A stretch of DNA of 64,000 nucleotides from Candidatus Altimarinota bacterium (GCA_963677745.1 OY782391.1:480001-544000), one strand, 5' to 3'; counted from the stretch's first letter, positions 29,359 to 39,391 are shown. The notes: generated from the sequence alone by a model not told the origin. Made by a program: numbers and translations.

Positions 29359-31359
29359 CTATTTGGAAAGACTCTGATCCTTCAACATCTCTATTTCATC
29401 GCGCAATTCAGCCGCCTTTTCAAACTCAAGATTAAGGGATGCCAACTCCATCTGTTCTTCCAGTTCCCGGATAAACCTGGCCATTTCGCTTCTTGGCACC
29501 TTTTTCGGATCAATTTTGTGTTCCGGACCGGTCTCCTTGTTTCCCCCGCCCATGGCAATGTCTTTAATGGCGCGAATAATGGTTTCCGGGGTAATACCGT
29601 GTTTAACGTTGTAGGCATGTTGAATTTCCCGTCTTCGCTCCGTTTCTCCGATCGCCCCTTTCATTGAATCGGTAATTCTATCGGCATACATCACCACCGT
29701 ACCGTTTATGTTACGGGCACAACGTCCGATAGTCTGAATCAGCGCGCTCTTGGACCGCAGGAAACCTTCTTTGTCCGCATCCAGAATCCCGATAAAAGAC
29801 ACTTCGGGAAGATCCAGGCCCTCCCTCAGCAGATTTATTCCCACCAGTACATCAAATTTGCCCAACCTCAAATCCCTCAATATTTCGATTCTTTCCAGTG
29901 TCTCAATGTCGGAGTGAAGATATTTAACCCTGATACCGGCATCAGTAAGGAAGTCAGTCAGATCCTCTGCCGAACGCTTGGTCAAAGTAGTAACCAAGGT
30001 TCTCTCCTTTACCACAATTCTTTTTTGGATCTCATTGATCAGATCGTCAATTTGCCCTTTGCGCGGCCGAACTTCGACCTTCGGATCCAGCAGGCCGGTG
30101 GGACGGATAATTTGTTCGATTACTTCTTTCCCGCTGTGTTCAAACTCATATTTGGATGGTGTAGCCGATACGTAAACGGTTTGATTAACCGCCTTTTCAA
30201 ATTCTTCAAATTTAAGAGGACGATTGTCATGGGAAGATGGCAACCGGAAACCATAATTGATCAAAGTCTCCTTGCGGGAATAATTGCCGTTAAACATGCC
30301 CCCGATTTGAGGAATACTGATATGTGATTCATCCACAATCATCAAAAAATCATCCGGGAAATAATCTAATAGAGTAGCGGGCGGCTGGCCTGGTTCCCGG
30401 GCATTGAGATAACGGGTATAATTTTCAATTCCCTGACAATATCCGGTCTCCCGCAGTATTTCCATATCATATTCGGTACGGGTTTTAATTCTTTCCGCTT
30501 CCAGAAGCCTTCCCTGTTTGAGAAACTCCTCGCGGCGTATTTCCATATCCTTCAGAATCAGGGAAACAGCCCTCTCAATTTTCTCCTTGGAAGTAATGTC
30601 ATGCTTGGCCGGAAAAATTTTCACCGAATCCAATTCGCGGTATTCCTCTCCGGTGAAAGAATCCGCCTCGGTGATTCGCTCGATCTCATCACCAAAAAAC
30701 TCTATGCGGAAAATGGTGTCCCTGTCAGGAGGGAAAATTTCCAGAGTGTCGCCGAGCACATGAAACATCCCCTGCTTAAACTCCATATGGCTGCGGTTGT
30801 ACTGAATATCGGTGAGATGACGCAGCAGCTTATCCCGCTTTCTCTCTTCACCTTTTTTCAGCTCAAAAGCAAAAGCGTTGTAATCCTCCACTGATCCCAA
30901 CCCGTATATACAGCTGACTGATGCAACTATCAACACATCCCGCCGCGTCAGTAGATGGGTAGTGGCAGCATGTCTGAACTTGGAAATTTCTTCATTGATG
31001 GAGGCATCCTTCTCAATATAGGTGTCGGTAGTGGCAATATAGGCTTCCGGCTGATAATAATCATAATAAGACACAAAATAGCTGACCGCGTTGTTGGGAA
31101 AAAATTCCTTGAATTCACTGCACAATTGGGCGGCCAGAGTTTTATTGTGGGCCAAAACCAACGTGGGCCGCTGTACCTGCTGTACCACATTGGCCATGGT
31201 AAAAGTTTTTCCCGTTCCCGTAGCACCCAGCAAAGTCTGATGTTTTACACCTTTTTTGAGGTTTTTCACCAGTTTTTCTATGGCCTGTGGTTGATCCCCT
31301 TTTGGCTGATAGGGAAATTTAAGATCAAATCCGGCCGGACTGCCAGGGATTAATGACAT
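29359..31359 (-). CDS. uvrB: Excinuclease ABC subunit B
   Basis: [46 protein letters not shown]. Confidence 0.99.
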   Translation of the reverse strand: MSLIPGSPAGFDLKFPYQPKGDQPQAIEKLVKNLKKGVKHQTLLGATGTGKTFTMANVVQQVQRPTLVLAHNKTLAAQLCSEFKEFFPNNAVSYFVSYYDYYQPEAYIATTDTYIEKDASINEEISKFRHAATTHLLTRRDVLIVASVSCIYGLGSVEDYNAFAFELKKGEERKRDKLLRHLTDIQYNRSHMEFKQGMFHVLGDTLEIFPPDRDTIFRIEFFGDEIERITEADSFTGEEYRELDSVKIFPAKHDITSKEKIERAVSLILKDMEIRREEFLKQGRLLEAERIKTRTEYDMEILRETGYCQGIENYTRYLNAREPGQPPATLLDYFPDDFLMIVDESHISIPQIGGMFNGNYSRKETLINYGFRLPSSHDNRPLKFEEFEKAVNQTVYVSATPSKYEFEHSGKEVIEQIIRPTGLLDPKVEVRPRKGQIDDLINEIQKRIVVKERTLVTTLTKRSAEDLTDFLTDAGIRVKYLHSDIETLERIEILRDLRLGKFDVLVGINLLREGLDLPEVSFIGILDADKEGFLRSKSALIQTIGRCARNINGTVVMYADRITDSMKGAIGETERRREIQHAYNVKHGITPETIIRAIKDIAMGGGNKETGPEHKIDPKKVPRSEMARFIRELEEQMELASLNLEFEKAAELRDEIEMLKDQSLSK

Positions 31360-31485
31360 ATTTTGATGGAAACAGAATTATAACAATATATAGACTATTT
31401 TCTCGGCGGCTCCAAGCCTTATTTTTGCCCGAAATAGCCTCGACCATTGACAACTTAAGAAAATATTGAAAAATCTTATTTTAGC

Positions 31486-31744
31486 TTTACTAATTTCAGT
31501 TTTAGTGTATAACTACTCTGGATCGGACTCCCTGGGGAGACCGACCGGATATTTGACATCTTGGCAACAAAACCAAGATAAACAGAAGGAAAAATAGTAT
31601 GTGCGGATTTGGCCAATTAGACCGGCCAGTCCGACAAGGATAAGAAGCCCTGACCAAACGAGTCAGTAAGGCGTTCCCTGTCTTAACCGACTGGGAGCAA
31701 AACCACAACCCTCAACCTTTTTCAAATCTGAGGAGGTGATGCCA
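31486..31744 (+). promoter_or_regulatory. Putative promoter and structured 5' leader of the Cys-rich gene
   Basis: TTTACT-16-TATAAC (31486-31513); five hairpins in 31517-31698; AGGAGGTGA at 31731-31739. Confidence 0.55.
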
Positions 31745-31852
31745 ATGTGCAACACTGTGGTGAGCCGACGGTATCACCACGACATCCGGAGTCTATGCGC
31801 TGGCCATCCCGGCAGCGCGGTCACGAAAATACGAGAGGAGAGATTTCCATGA
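31745..31852 (+). CDS. Putative 35-aa leader peptide (uORF)
   Basis: MCNTVVSRRYHHDIRSLCAGHPGSAVTKIREERFP*; perfect SD upstream; stop overlaps the next start (ATGA). Confidence 0.45.
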   Translation: MCNTVVSRRYHHDIRSLCAGHPGSAVTKIREERFP

Positions 31853-34800
31853 AATTGAAGAAGCGCGAATGGATGGCAGCGCTGATGATGGTAGCGCTGA
31901 CAGGACTGGTCATGACCCAGGCGGGGTGTGAATCGGATCCCCCCACCAGCTGCGACCCGGACAGCCCCTGGTGCAACGACAACACGGTGGACCCTGGGAC
32001 CGGCGGATCGGCCGGCCACCAGAACACCTGCACCTACCCGGAGAAGCAGTGCGGCGGCAACTGCACCAACGTTCTGATCGACAACCAGAACTGCGGAAGT
32101 TGCAACCTCACCTGCGGAACCGGCACCAACTGCCAGAACGGCGTCTGTGCCTATCAGTGTGTTCCGACCGGGCCCGAGACCTGCAACGGCAAGGACGACA
32201 ACTGCGACGGCCACATCGACGAAGAACTCCTGAACCTGTGCGGAAGCTGCGGGGTAGCTCCTGCGGAGTCCTGCAACGGGATCGACGACAACTGCAACGG
32301 CAGCGTCGACGAGGACTGCGAATGCCAGGGAGACGCGATCAAGCCCTGCGGCAGCAACCTCGGAACGTGCTCCACCGGCGTGCAGGAATGCATCAACGGC
32401 ATCTGGAGCCTCTGCTCCGGTGTAGCTCCCGCGGTGGAGACCTGCGACGGGCTGGACAACAACTGCAACGGGCAAGTGGATGAGAACCTGCTGAATGCCT
32501 GTGGCGGCTGTGGCATCGTCCAAGCCGAGCTCTGCGATGGCCAGGACAACAACTGCGACGGCCACATCGACGAAGGCTATCTCAATTCCTGCGGCGTGTG
32601 TGGACCCTTGCCATCAGAGAGCTGCAACGGCCTCGACGACAACTGCGACGGCATCGTCGACAACGGGCTCCTCAATGCCTGTGGAAATTGCGGTGCAACT
32701 CCGTCCGAGACCTGCAACGGGATCGACGACAACTGCAACGGGCAGGTGGACGAAGGACTCCGCAATCTCTGCGGAACCTGCGGTCCCCCTCCCGCCGAGA
32801 TCTGCGACGGCGTCGACAACGACTGCAACGGAACCATCGACCAGGGATGTCCCTGCATGACGGGGCTGACCCAGCCCTGCGGTAAGGATCTGGGAGTCTG
32901 TACCTCGGGTACCCAGACCTGCGTCGGAGGAACCTGGGGAACGTGCTCCGGTACGCCCCCTGCTGTCGAAGTCTGCGACGACGTGGACAACAACTGCGAC
33001 GGGAATGTCGACGAAGGGCTGAAGAATGCCTGTGGAGGCTGTGGCCCGACTCCCGTCGAAGTCTGCAACGGCGCGGACGACAACTGCAATGGCATCGCGG
33101 ACGAAGGTCTGCTCAACCAGTGCGGCAACTGCGGGCCTCTGCCCGCCGAAGTCTGCAACGGCGCGGACGACAACTGCGACGGCATCATCGACAACGGATT
33201 GTTGAACCGCTGCGGCAACTGCGGGCCCCTGCCCGTGGAAACCTGCGACGGGAACGACAACGACTGTGACGGAATCGTGGACAACGGCCTCCGCAACCTC
33301 TGCGGGAACTGCGGTCCCTCCGATCCTGACCTGTGCGATGGCGTCGACAATGACTGCGACGGCACTGTGGACCCGGGATGCCCCTGCATCACCGGTTTGA
33401 CTGAGCCCTGCGGCAAAGATCTGGGAGTCTGTACCTCGGGTACCCAGACCTGCGTCGGAGGAACCTGGGGAACGTGCTCCGGTACGCCCCCTGCTGTCGA
33501 AGTCTGCGACGGAGTGGATAACAACTGCGACGGGAATGTCGACGAAGGGCTGAAGAATGCCTGTGGAGGCTGTGGCCCGACCCCCGTCGAGATCTGTGAT
33601 GGTGTCGACAACAACTGCAATGGCATCGCGGACGAAGGTCTGCTCAACCAGTGCGGCAACTGCGGCCCCCTGCCCGCCGAGATCTGTGACGGGGTCGACA
33701 ACAACTGCAACGGCATCATCGATGACAACCTTCGCAACCGCTGCGGCAACTGCGGGCCCCTGCCCGCCGAAGTCTGCGACGGCGTCGACAACGACTGCGA
33801 TGGAACCATCGACAACGGATGTGGCTGCCAGACCGGAGCCACCATGCCCTGCGGCAAGAACCTGGGCACCTGCACCACCGGCCAGCAAGCCTGTGTGGCA
33901 GGACAGTGGACCCTTTGCTCCGGCACACCCCCCGCTGTCGAAGTCTGCGACGGCGTGGACAACAACTGCGACGGAAATGCCGACGAAGGCGTGAAGAACG
34001 CCTGCGGCGGGTGCGGCCCGACCCCCGCCGAGATCTGTGACGGGGTCGACAACAACTGCAACGGCATCATCGATGACAACCTTCGCAACCGCTGCGGCCT
34101 CTGCGGGCCCCTGCCCGCCGAAGTCTGCGACGGCGTCGACAACGACTGCGATGGAACCATCGACAACGGATGTGGCTGCCAGACCGGAGCCACCATGCCC
34201 TGCGGCAAGAACCTGGGCGCCTGCACCACCGGCCAGCAAACGTGTGTGGCAGGACAATGGTCACTCTGCAGCGGCGTCGAAGCGGTCTCCGAGACCTGCA
34301 ACGGCGTCGATGACGACTGCGACGGTGACGTGGACGAAGGTCTGCGTAACCGCTGCGGCAACTGCGGAGCATTGCCGGCCGATGTGTGCGACGGCGTCGA
34401 CAACGACTGCGACGGCACCATCGACAACAACTGCCCCTGTCAGACGGGGGCATCCAAACCCTGCGGAACCGACACCGGTATCTGCACAACCGGGACGCAG
34501 AATTGCGTTGCCGGACAATGGGGACTCTGCTCGGGCGTCGCGCCTGGAGTGGAGACCTGCGACGGACAAGACAACAATTGCAACGGGCTGAGCGACGAAT
34601 ACTTGCTCAATGCCTGCGGCAACTGCGGTCCGGTCCCCGCCGAAACCTGCAACGGCATCGACGACAACTGCAACGGGCAGATCGACGAAGGCCTGCGCAA
34701 CGCCTGCGGCAACTGCGGCCCCGCCCCGGCCGAGCTCTGCGACGGCGTGGACAACAACTGCGATGGAACCATCGACAACGGATGTGGCTGCCAGACTGGA

Positions 34801-35760
34801 GCCACCAAGCCCTGCGGTACGAGCACCGGAGCCTGCACCACCGGAACACAGAACTGTGTCAGTGGACAGTGGAGCCTCTGCTCCGGCACCGAAGCGGTTC
34901 CCGAAACCTGCAACAACATCGATGACAACTGCGACGGTATCATCGACAACGGCCTGCGCAACGCCTGTGGCACCTGCGGTGCGCCACCGGTGGAGATCTG
35001 CGACGGCATCGACAACAACTGCGACGGGCATGTCGATGAGAACCTGCGCAACCGTTGCGGCAACTGCGGGCCCCTGCCTGCTGATGTCTGTGACGGCGTC
35101 GACAACGACTGCGACGGCACCATCGACAACAACTGCCCCTGCCAGGCCGGGGCGACCATGCCCTGCGGTACGGACATGGGAGCCTGCACCACAGGAACTC
35201 AGAGCTGCATCGCCGGTCATTGGGGACTTTGCAACGGCGTGGCCCCCACTCCCGAGACCTGCAACAACGTCGACGACAACTGCGACGGACACGTGGACGA
35301 GTTCCTCAGGAACGCCTGCGGTAACTGCGGAGTCATCCCCGCCGAGACCTGCAACGGCATCGACGACAACTGCAACGGGCAGATCGACGAAGGCCTGCGC
35401 AACCGCTGCGGCAACTGCGGGGCCCTCCCTGCTGATGTCTGCGACGGCGTCGACAACGACTGCGACGGCACGATCGACAACGGCTGTTCCTGCCAGTCGG
35501 GAGCAATCCTGCCCTGCGGGAAGAACCTCGGAACGTGCTCCACCGGCAACCAGTTCTGCGTCGGTGGACAGTGGAGCCTCTGCAACGGCAACGGCCCCAC
35601 GATCGAAGTCTGCGACGGCGCGGACAACAATTGCGACGGACTGGTCGACGAGTTCCTTCGCAATGACTGCGGAACCTGCGGTACCGTCCCCGCGGAGTTC
35701 TGCAGCGATGGTCTGGACAACAACTGCAACGGGCTGACCGACGAGCCCGGCTGCATCTGA
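31849..35760 (+). CDS. Giant Cys-rich repeat lipoprotein (MopE-related metal-binding motif repeats; myxobacterial-type Cys-rich N-domain)
   Basis: GAGGAG SD before ATG 31849; signal MKLKK...TQAG-C; 32 ExC[DN]GxD[DN][DN]C[DN]GxxD motifs; about 175 Cys in 1303 aa (hand count). Confidence 0.9.
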   Translation: MKLKKREWMAALMMVALTGLVMTQAGCESDPPTSCDPDSPWCNDNTVDPGTGGSAGHQNTCTYPEKQCGGNCTNVLIDNQNCGSCNLTCGTGTNCQNGVCAYQCVPTGPETCNGKDDNCDGHIDEELLNLCGSCGVAPAESCNGIDDNCNGSVDEDCECQGDAIKPCGSNLGTCSTGVQECINGIWSLCSGVAPAVETCDGLDNNCNGQVDENLLNACGGCGIVQAELCDGQDNNCDGHIDEGYLNSCGVCGPLPSESCNGLDDNCDGIVDNGLLNACGNCGATPSETCNGIDDNCNGQVDEGLRNLCGTCGPPPAEICDGVDNDCNGTIDQGCPCMTGLTQPCGKDLGVCTSGTQTCVGGTWGTCSGTPPAVEVCDDVDNNCDGNVDEGLKNACGGCGPTPVEVCNGADDNCNGIADEGLLNQCGNCGPLPAEVCNGADDNCDGIIDNGLLNRCGNCGPLPVETCDGNDNDCDGIVDNGLRNLCGNCGPSDPDLCDGVDNDCDGTVDPGCPCITGLTEPCGKDLGVCTSGTQTCVGGTWGTCSGTPPAVEVCDGVDNNCDGNVDEGLKNACGGCGPTPVEICDGVDNNCNGIADEGLLNQCGNCGPLPAEICDGVDNNCNGIIDDNLRNRCGNCGPLPAEVCDGVDNDCDGTIDNGCGCQTGATMPCGKNLGTCTTGQQACVAGQWTLCSGTPPAVEVCDGVDNNCDGNADEGVKNACGGCGPTPAEICDGVDNNCNGIIDDNLRNRCGLCGPLPAEVCDGVDNDCDGTIDNGCGCQTGATMPCGKNLGACTTGQQTCVAGQWSLCSGVEAVSETCNGVDDDCDGDVDEGLRNRCGNCGALPADVCDGVDNDCDGTIDNNCPCQTGASKPCGTDTGICTTGTQNCVAGQWGLCSGVAPGVETCDGQDNNCNGLSDEYLLNACGNCGPVPAETCNGIDDNCNGQIDEGLRNACGNCGPAPAELCDGVDNNCDGTIDNGCGCQTGATKPCGTSTGACTTGTQNCVSGQWSLCSGTEAVPETCNNIDDNCDGIIDNGLRNACGTCGAPPVEICDGIDNNCDGHVDENLRNRCGNCGPLPADVCDGVDNDCDGTIDNNCPCQAGATMPCGTDMGACTTGTQSCIAGHWGLCNGVAPTPETCNNVDDNCDGHVDEFLRNACGNCGVIPAETCNGIDDNCNGQIDEGLRNRCGNCGALPADVCDGVDNDCDGTIDNGCSCQSGAILPCGKNLGTCSTGNQFCVGGQWSLCNGNGPTIEVCDGADNNCDGLVDEFLRNDCGTCGTVPAEFCSDGLDNNCNGLTDEPGCI
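32173..35757 (+). repeat. Intragenic mosaic array of 90-bp (22x) and 171-bp (9x) units
   Basis: 30-aa/4-Cys and 57-aa/8-Cys modules; near-identical DNA at offsets of 531 nt (32887 vs 33418) and 351 nt (33673 vs 34024). Confidence 0.92.
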
Positions 35761-35985
35761 CCATCAACAAGAATCATCGTCGCGCGCCATTCGCCGCAGC
35801 GAATGGCATACCGGTTCCCCCACTGACGCAGCAGCAAGGGAGCCCTTCACCCCAAAACCCGCCCCGTCGCACTGAGACGTCGTCTCTCGCGACGGGGCAC
35901 CGACCGTCGGCTGAAGCTTCTCCGGACTGACGAGCAGGATCTCACATCCCGCTCCTTCCGGACAGGCCACAGCCGCAAGAACCAG

Positions 35986-36027
35986 AAAGGCCGCTCACCC
36001 GCGTCATACGCGGGTAGCGGCCTTTTT
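35986..36027 (+). terminator. Intrinsic terminator of the Cys-rich unit
   Basis: AAAGGCCGCT-c-ACCCGCGT-cat-ACGCGGGT-AGCGGCCTTTTT. Confidence 0.85.
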
Positions 36028-36047
36028 GCTGTCCGGATTTAATTTAC

Positions 36048-36086
36048 AAAAAGCCCCCGCGATCACCTTGTGACGCGGGGGCTTTT
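36048..36086 (-). terminator. Intrinsic (bidirectional) terminator of the SLH gene
   Basis: AAAAAGCCCCCGCG...CGCGGGGGCTTTT. Confidence 0.85.
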
Positions 36087-36106
36087 CCATAAAGTATCAC
36101 GCTATA

Positions 36107-37378
36107 TTAGATCTTTCCCAGATTATGCAGTTTGTATATCACTTCTGCCACTTCGCGGCGGGTAGTGAAATTGGTGGGATACAATTTTGTCCCGCTGAAC
36201 AAAGCGTTGTTTTTGGAATACTTGGCATAATCGGCATACCAGGCGTCCGCGGGCACATCGGTATAAGAAGTGCCGGTAGGCATTATTTCTCCCAGATTGC
36301 GGAGCAGTAGAGCCAGGAACTCAGCCCTGTTCACCGATCTGGCCGGTCTGAAATACCCGGCATCGGGTCCGGACAGATAACCGGTAACCACCGACAAAGC
36401 CTTGGCACGGCATACATACTGATAAGCCCAACTGGACTCGGTTACATCCGGAAAAGGATTGCTGCCGGCACAATAATCCGATACCGAGTTGAAATTATCG
36501 AAAGTTTCCAAAGCAATTTTGGCAATCTGATCTCTCTGCAACAAACCTCCCGGATCAAAAGTGCCGTCGGGATTTCCGGTTATGGCACCGATACTCTTTA
36601 CATAGGAAATAGCGGCACAGTCACTGTCCACCAATGAAACGTCGGTAAAACCTGCACATTTAGTCAGGATTGGCGGAGTGTTGATGGTAAAAGAAGGAAT
36701 AGTCAAAGCATCGCTCGTATTGCCGGACAGATCGGTTACCCTGACTTTACAATTACTGTAGGTGCCCGGAAGCATCGACTGGAACGTGACTGAGTTGTCC
36801 CCGCTCACCCCATTGGTAGTTGAACTGGAACAGGCTCCCTCATAAGTAATTGTCCCTGCTTCATTGGAGTTAAAAACTATGCCTGGAGTAGTATCGTCGG
36901 TCGGGCTACTCACTCCGCTCACCAGAGTCAGTGTGGGAGCGGTAATATCAATAATCATATTAACCTTGACCGTGAAGGCGGCAATATTCAAATTATCCGA
37001 AGTCAATCCGCTGACTGTGCCCTTCACGGTTAATTTGCAGTTTGTATGGGCTCCCAAGGCCAGAGAATTGAAAGTAATAGTATTGTTTCCCGACACCGCG
37101 TTGACGGTTGCACTGGAACAGTCACCGGAATAGGTGATTGTTCCGGCCTGGGTGCTGGAAAAGGTAAAATCCGGAGTCTTGTCATAAGTTACAGCGGGAA
37201 CAGGAGTAACCACGGCCAGAGTCGGAGCGACAAAAAGAGGTAACTGGGGATCAAAAGGAATTTCGGGAGTAATCGGATATGGATCGGGCAATTTTGCCAT
37301 AGCCAACATCTGCATGGAAAAAACACCAATCAAAACCATCGACACCAGCGCTATCTTTTGGAAAGGGAATCTATTCAT
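36107..37378 (-). CDS. Secreted protein with two Ig-like repeats and SLH domains
   Basis: Signal peptide; duplicated PTL...D.TP...F.S..AGTITY.G.CSS...NCK unit; FTDV/FPDV/YTDV, VNRAE, TTRRE. Confidence 0.85.
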   Translation of the reverse strand: MNRFPFQKIALVSMVLIGVFSMQMLAMAKLPDPYPITPEIPFDPQLPLFVAPTLAVVTPVPAVTYDKTPDFTFSSTQAGTITYSGDCSSATVNAVSGNNTITFNSLALGAHTNCKLTVKGTVSGLTSDNLNIAAFTVKVNMIIDITAPTLTLVSGVSSPTDDTTPGIVFNSNEAGTITYEGACSSSTTNGVSGDNSVTFQSMLPGTYSNCKVRVTDLSGNTSDALTIPSFTINTPPILTKCAGFTDVSLVDSDCAAISYVKSIGAITGNPDGTFDPGGLLQRDQIAKIALETFDNFNSVSDYCAGSNPFPDVTESSWAYQYVCRAKALSVVTGYLSGPDAGYFRPARSVNRAEFLALLLRNLGEIMPTGTSYTDVPADAWYADYAKYSKNNALFSGTKLYPTNFTTRREVAEVIYKLHNLGKI

Positions 37379-37495
37379 AATAATTAAAATTATGTGATTA
37401 CATACAATTAAACCACTATTTGGGAAAATAGTTACGATTCTCTATTTGACAAAAGACGGGAAAGACTTAAAATCCTGGCCGAATCACCATCGAAA

Positions 37496-38017
37496 ATGAA
37501 AGCACTGGCAAAACAAACCGATTTGGCTCCGGAACATTCTCAGGATCTGCAAACAGCAAATCCGGGAAAAGGAAAAACAACATCTCCCGAACCGTCTGAT
37601 TCGCAAATCCGCGTAAACACCCATGGCATCATCGAAGAAGTAGTTGGTTGGTACGACCATAACCAGCCTTCGATTATTCTGATCGCACCTGCCGAAATCG
37701 ACCTGGAAAGAAGTCTGGCCTTCAGAAAACGTCTTTTCAATATACTTAAAAACTCCTTTCTTAAACCGGCCTTTTCCTCCGATCCCGGATTTGCAGACCA
37801 TACAAATCATTGCTTATGGCTGCGCCACGACTTTCTGAACTATTTGTCAGGAATCATCAGTAATCCCGATTATGACCAGTATCTTCCCTCGGCCATCACC
37901 AGGAACATTTTCGATCAGGCAATGAACCTTGATTGGACTGCTCCCCGGGCAATAAAAAATCTGCTTCTGACCATCCGGCGCGATTTGATGATCCCTCCCA
38001 AAACCAAAAAAAAATAA
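37496..38017 (+). CDS. Hypothetical protein
   Basis: 173-aa ORF preceded by TTGACA-16-TAAAAT (37446-37473). Confidence 0.6.
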   Translation: MKALAKQTDLAPEHSQDLQTANPGKGKTTSPEPSDSQIRVNTHGIIEEVVGWYDHNQPSIILIAPAEIDLERSLAFRKRLFNILKNSFLKPAFSSDPGFADHTNHCLWLRHDFLNYLSGIISNPDYDQYLPSAITRNIFDQAMNLDWTAPRAIKNLLLTIRRDLMIPPKTKKK

Positions 38018-38692
38018 TTATTCCCCTGTAGCCTGTGCCATCTGTGGCTCGGCCTCTTTTGATTTGGGATTGGCTTTTGCATAAAGACCTACTGCCCGGT
38101 TGGCCAGCTGCGGCCATTTTTCCGCCTTCTCCGTTAACTGCCTGATCTTTTCTTCCGAAACTCCGGCCTCCCGCGCCTTCTTGATCATTTCCTGCGTTTG
38201 GTCCTCAAAACTTTTGGCACTCCATTTGTTGGCCTTGAAAAAATAATCGGCGGCATCCCCGGCAATCGGAATCGCTCCGACGGCAAAATCAGCGGCTTGC
38301 AAACCAATGATTTTTAGATAAGAACCTGTACCCAAGTCAGCCTTTTTGGCTTCCATTAAAAGATAGACTCCTGAAACGATCGAACTTCCTCCATCCCCCA
38401 ATTCCGGAATCAGAGAAAGCAGCGGATCCAGGCCAATATCATCAGCCACCGTCGCAAATACCTTGACCCTCTCTTCAGAGTTCTTGGCATCACGCAACTT
38501 TTTCAGAGCTTCTTGTTGTTGGGGAGTCAAATCCTCTTTTTCCACCTGCTGCTTCATTTTGTCCTGCTGCTCCTGGGACTTTTGTTTTACGGTCTGTTTG
38601 GCTCCTTCCCGGGTAATCTCCCCGCTCTCTATAGCCTGCTTGGCCCGGGGACCTCTCAGCACTTCTCCTCCCTGTTCAGTGGCATCTGCCAT
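38018..38692 (-). CDS. DUF4112 domain protein with charged terminal extensions
   Basis: GLDPLLSLIPELGD and D..VGAIPIAGDAADYFFKAN. Confidence 0.85.
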   Translation of the reverse strand: MADATEQGGEVLRGPRAKQAIESGEITREGAKQTVKQKSQEQQDKMKQQVEKEDLTPQQQEALKKLRDAKNSEERVKVFATVADDIGLDPLLSLIPELGDGGSSIVSGVYLLMEAKKADLGTGSYLKIIGLQAADFAVGAIPIAGDAADYFFKANKWSAKSFEDQTQEMIKKAREAGVSEEKIRQLTEKAEKWPQLANRAVGLYAKANPKSKEAEPQMAQATGE

Positions 38693-38830
38693 TTTGGTAA
38701 AATTATTGAAATATTTATCTTTTAATTATATCACCAAAGCAAGCCTCAAAGCCAGATTTATTCATACCGGACTCTGCTTGCTTTTGATAAAAGCTGGCAT
38801 CAAAACACTTATGATGATAAATATATTTCG

Positions 38831-39391
38831 ATGGGGGAAAAAAAACAATCAATCATAGTCACAGGTATATTGGCGGGGCTCGTTCTGGTAGCCTGCCACA
38901 GTCCGTCTGCCACCCCCCTCACCTCGAATATTCCAATAAAAACAACCAATATGAAAATTTCCAGCCCCAGTTTTGAAAATAATTCAGCCATTCCTCCCCA
39001 ATTCACCTGCCAGGGAGAAGGTTTCTCCCCTCAACTTGATTTCTCGGAAGTTCCCGGTGAAAGCAAATCTCTGGCCCTGATTGTCGAAGATCCGGATGCT
39101 CCGAACGGCAACTGGGTACACTGGCTGGTTTGGAACATCCCGGCGGACACAACCACCATCCCGGAAAATGTCGGCCCCAAATTTGCCGTACAGGGCAACA
39201 ATTCCTCGCCCAAAGCAGCCTATGAAGGACCTTGCCCCCCTTCGGGTACCCACCGCTATTTCTTCAAACTATATGCACTGTCCCATGAGCTCACTCTGCC
39301 TGCCGGATCGCCCCGCGATCAACTGCTCAAGGAAATGGAAGACCGCATTATCGACCAGGCCCAATTGATGGGTACCTTTAAAAAACCCTAA
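38831..39391 (+). CDS. YbhB/YbcL (PEBP/Raf-kinase-inhibitor-like) lipoprotein
   Basis: EDPDAP, VHWLVWNIP, YEGPCPPSGTHRYFFKLYAL; lipobox LVAC. Confidence 0.93.
   Translation: MGEKKQSIIVTGILAGLVLVACHSPSATPLTSNIPIKTTNMKISSPSFENNSAIPPQFTCQGEGFSPQLDFSEVPGESKSLALIVEDPDAPNGNWVHWLVWNIPADTTTIPENVGPKFAVQGNNSSPKAAYEGPCPPSGTHRYFFKLYALSHELTLPAGSPRDQLLKEMEDRIIDQAQLMGTFKKP

Noticed and set aside
31517-31700. Known riboswitch (c-di-GMP, c-di-AMP, SAM, T-box)
   Set aside because: Diagnostic conserved motifs not found by eye; kept only as an unknown structured leader.
31747-31848. GTG start of the 1337-aa ORF as given in the track
   Set aside because: ATG 31849 has its own GAGGAG SD and begins a proper signal peptide; the upstream SD fits the uORF in another frame.
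32173-35757. CRISPR array or DGR template/variable repeats
   Set aside because: Repeats are in-frame coding modules without unique spacers; no cas or reverse transcriptase gene; differences between copies are not evidently adenine-restricted.
32577-35837. Long antisense and alternate-frame ORFs (617, 547, 375, 343 aa) over the Cys-rich gene
   Set aside because: Shadows of a GC-rich repetitive CDS with few off-frame stops; they only mirror the repeat.
35927-35990. Hammerhead ribozyme (CTGACGAG core-like sequence)
   Set aside because: No GAAA follows a closable stem II, so the core cannot be completed.
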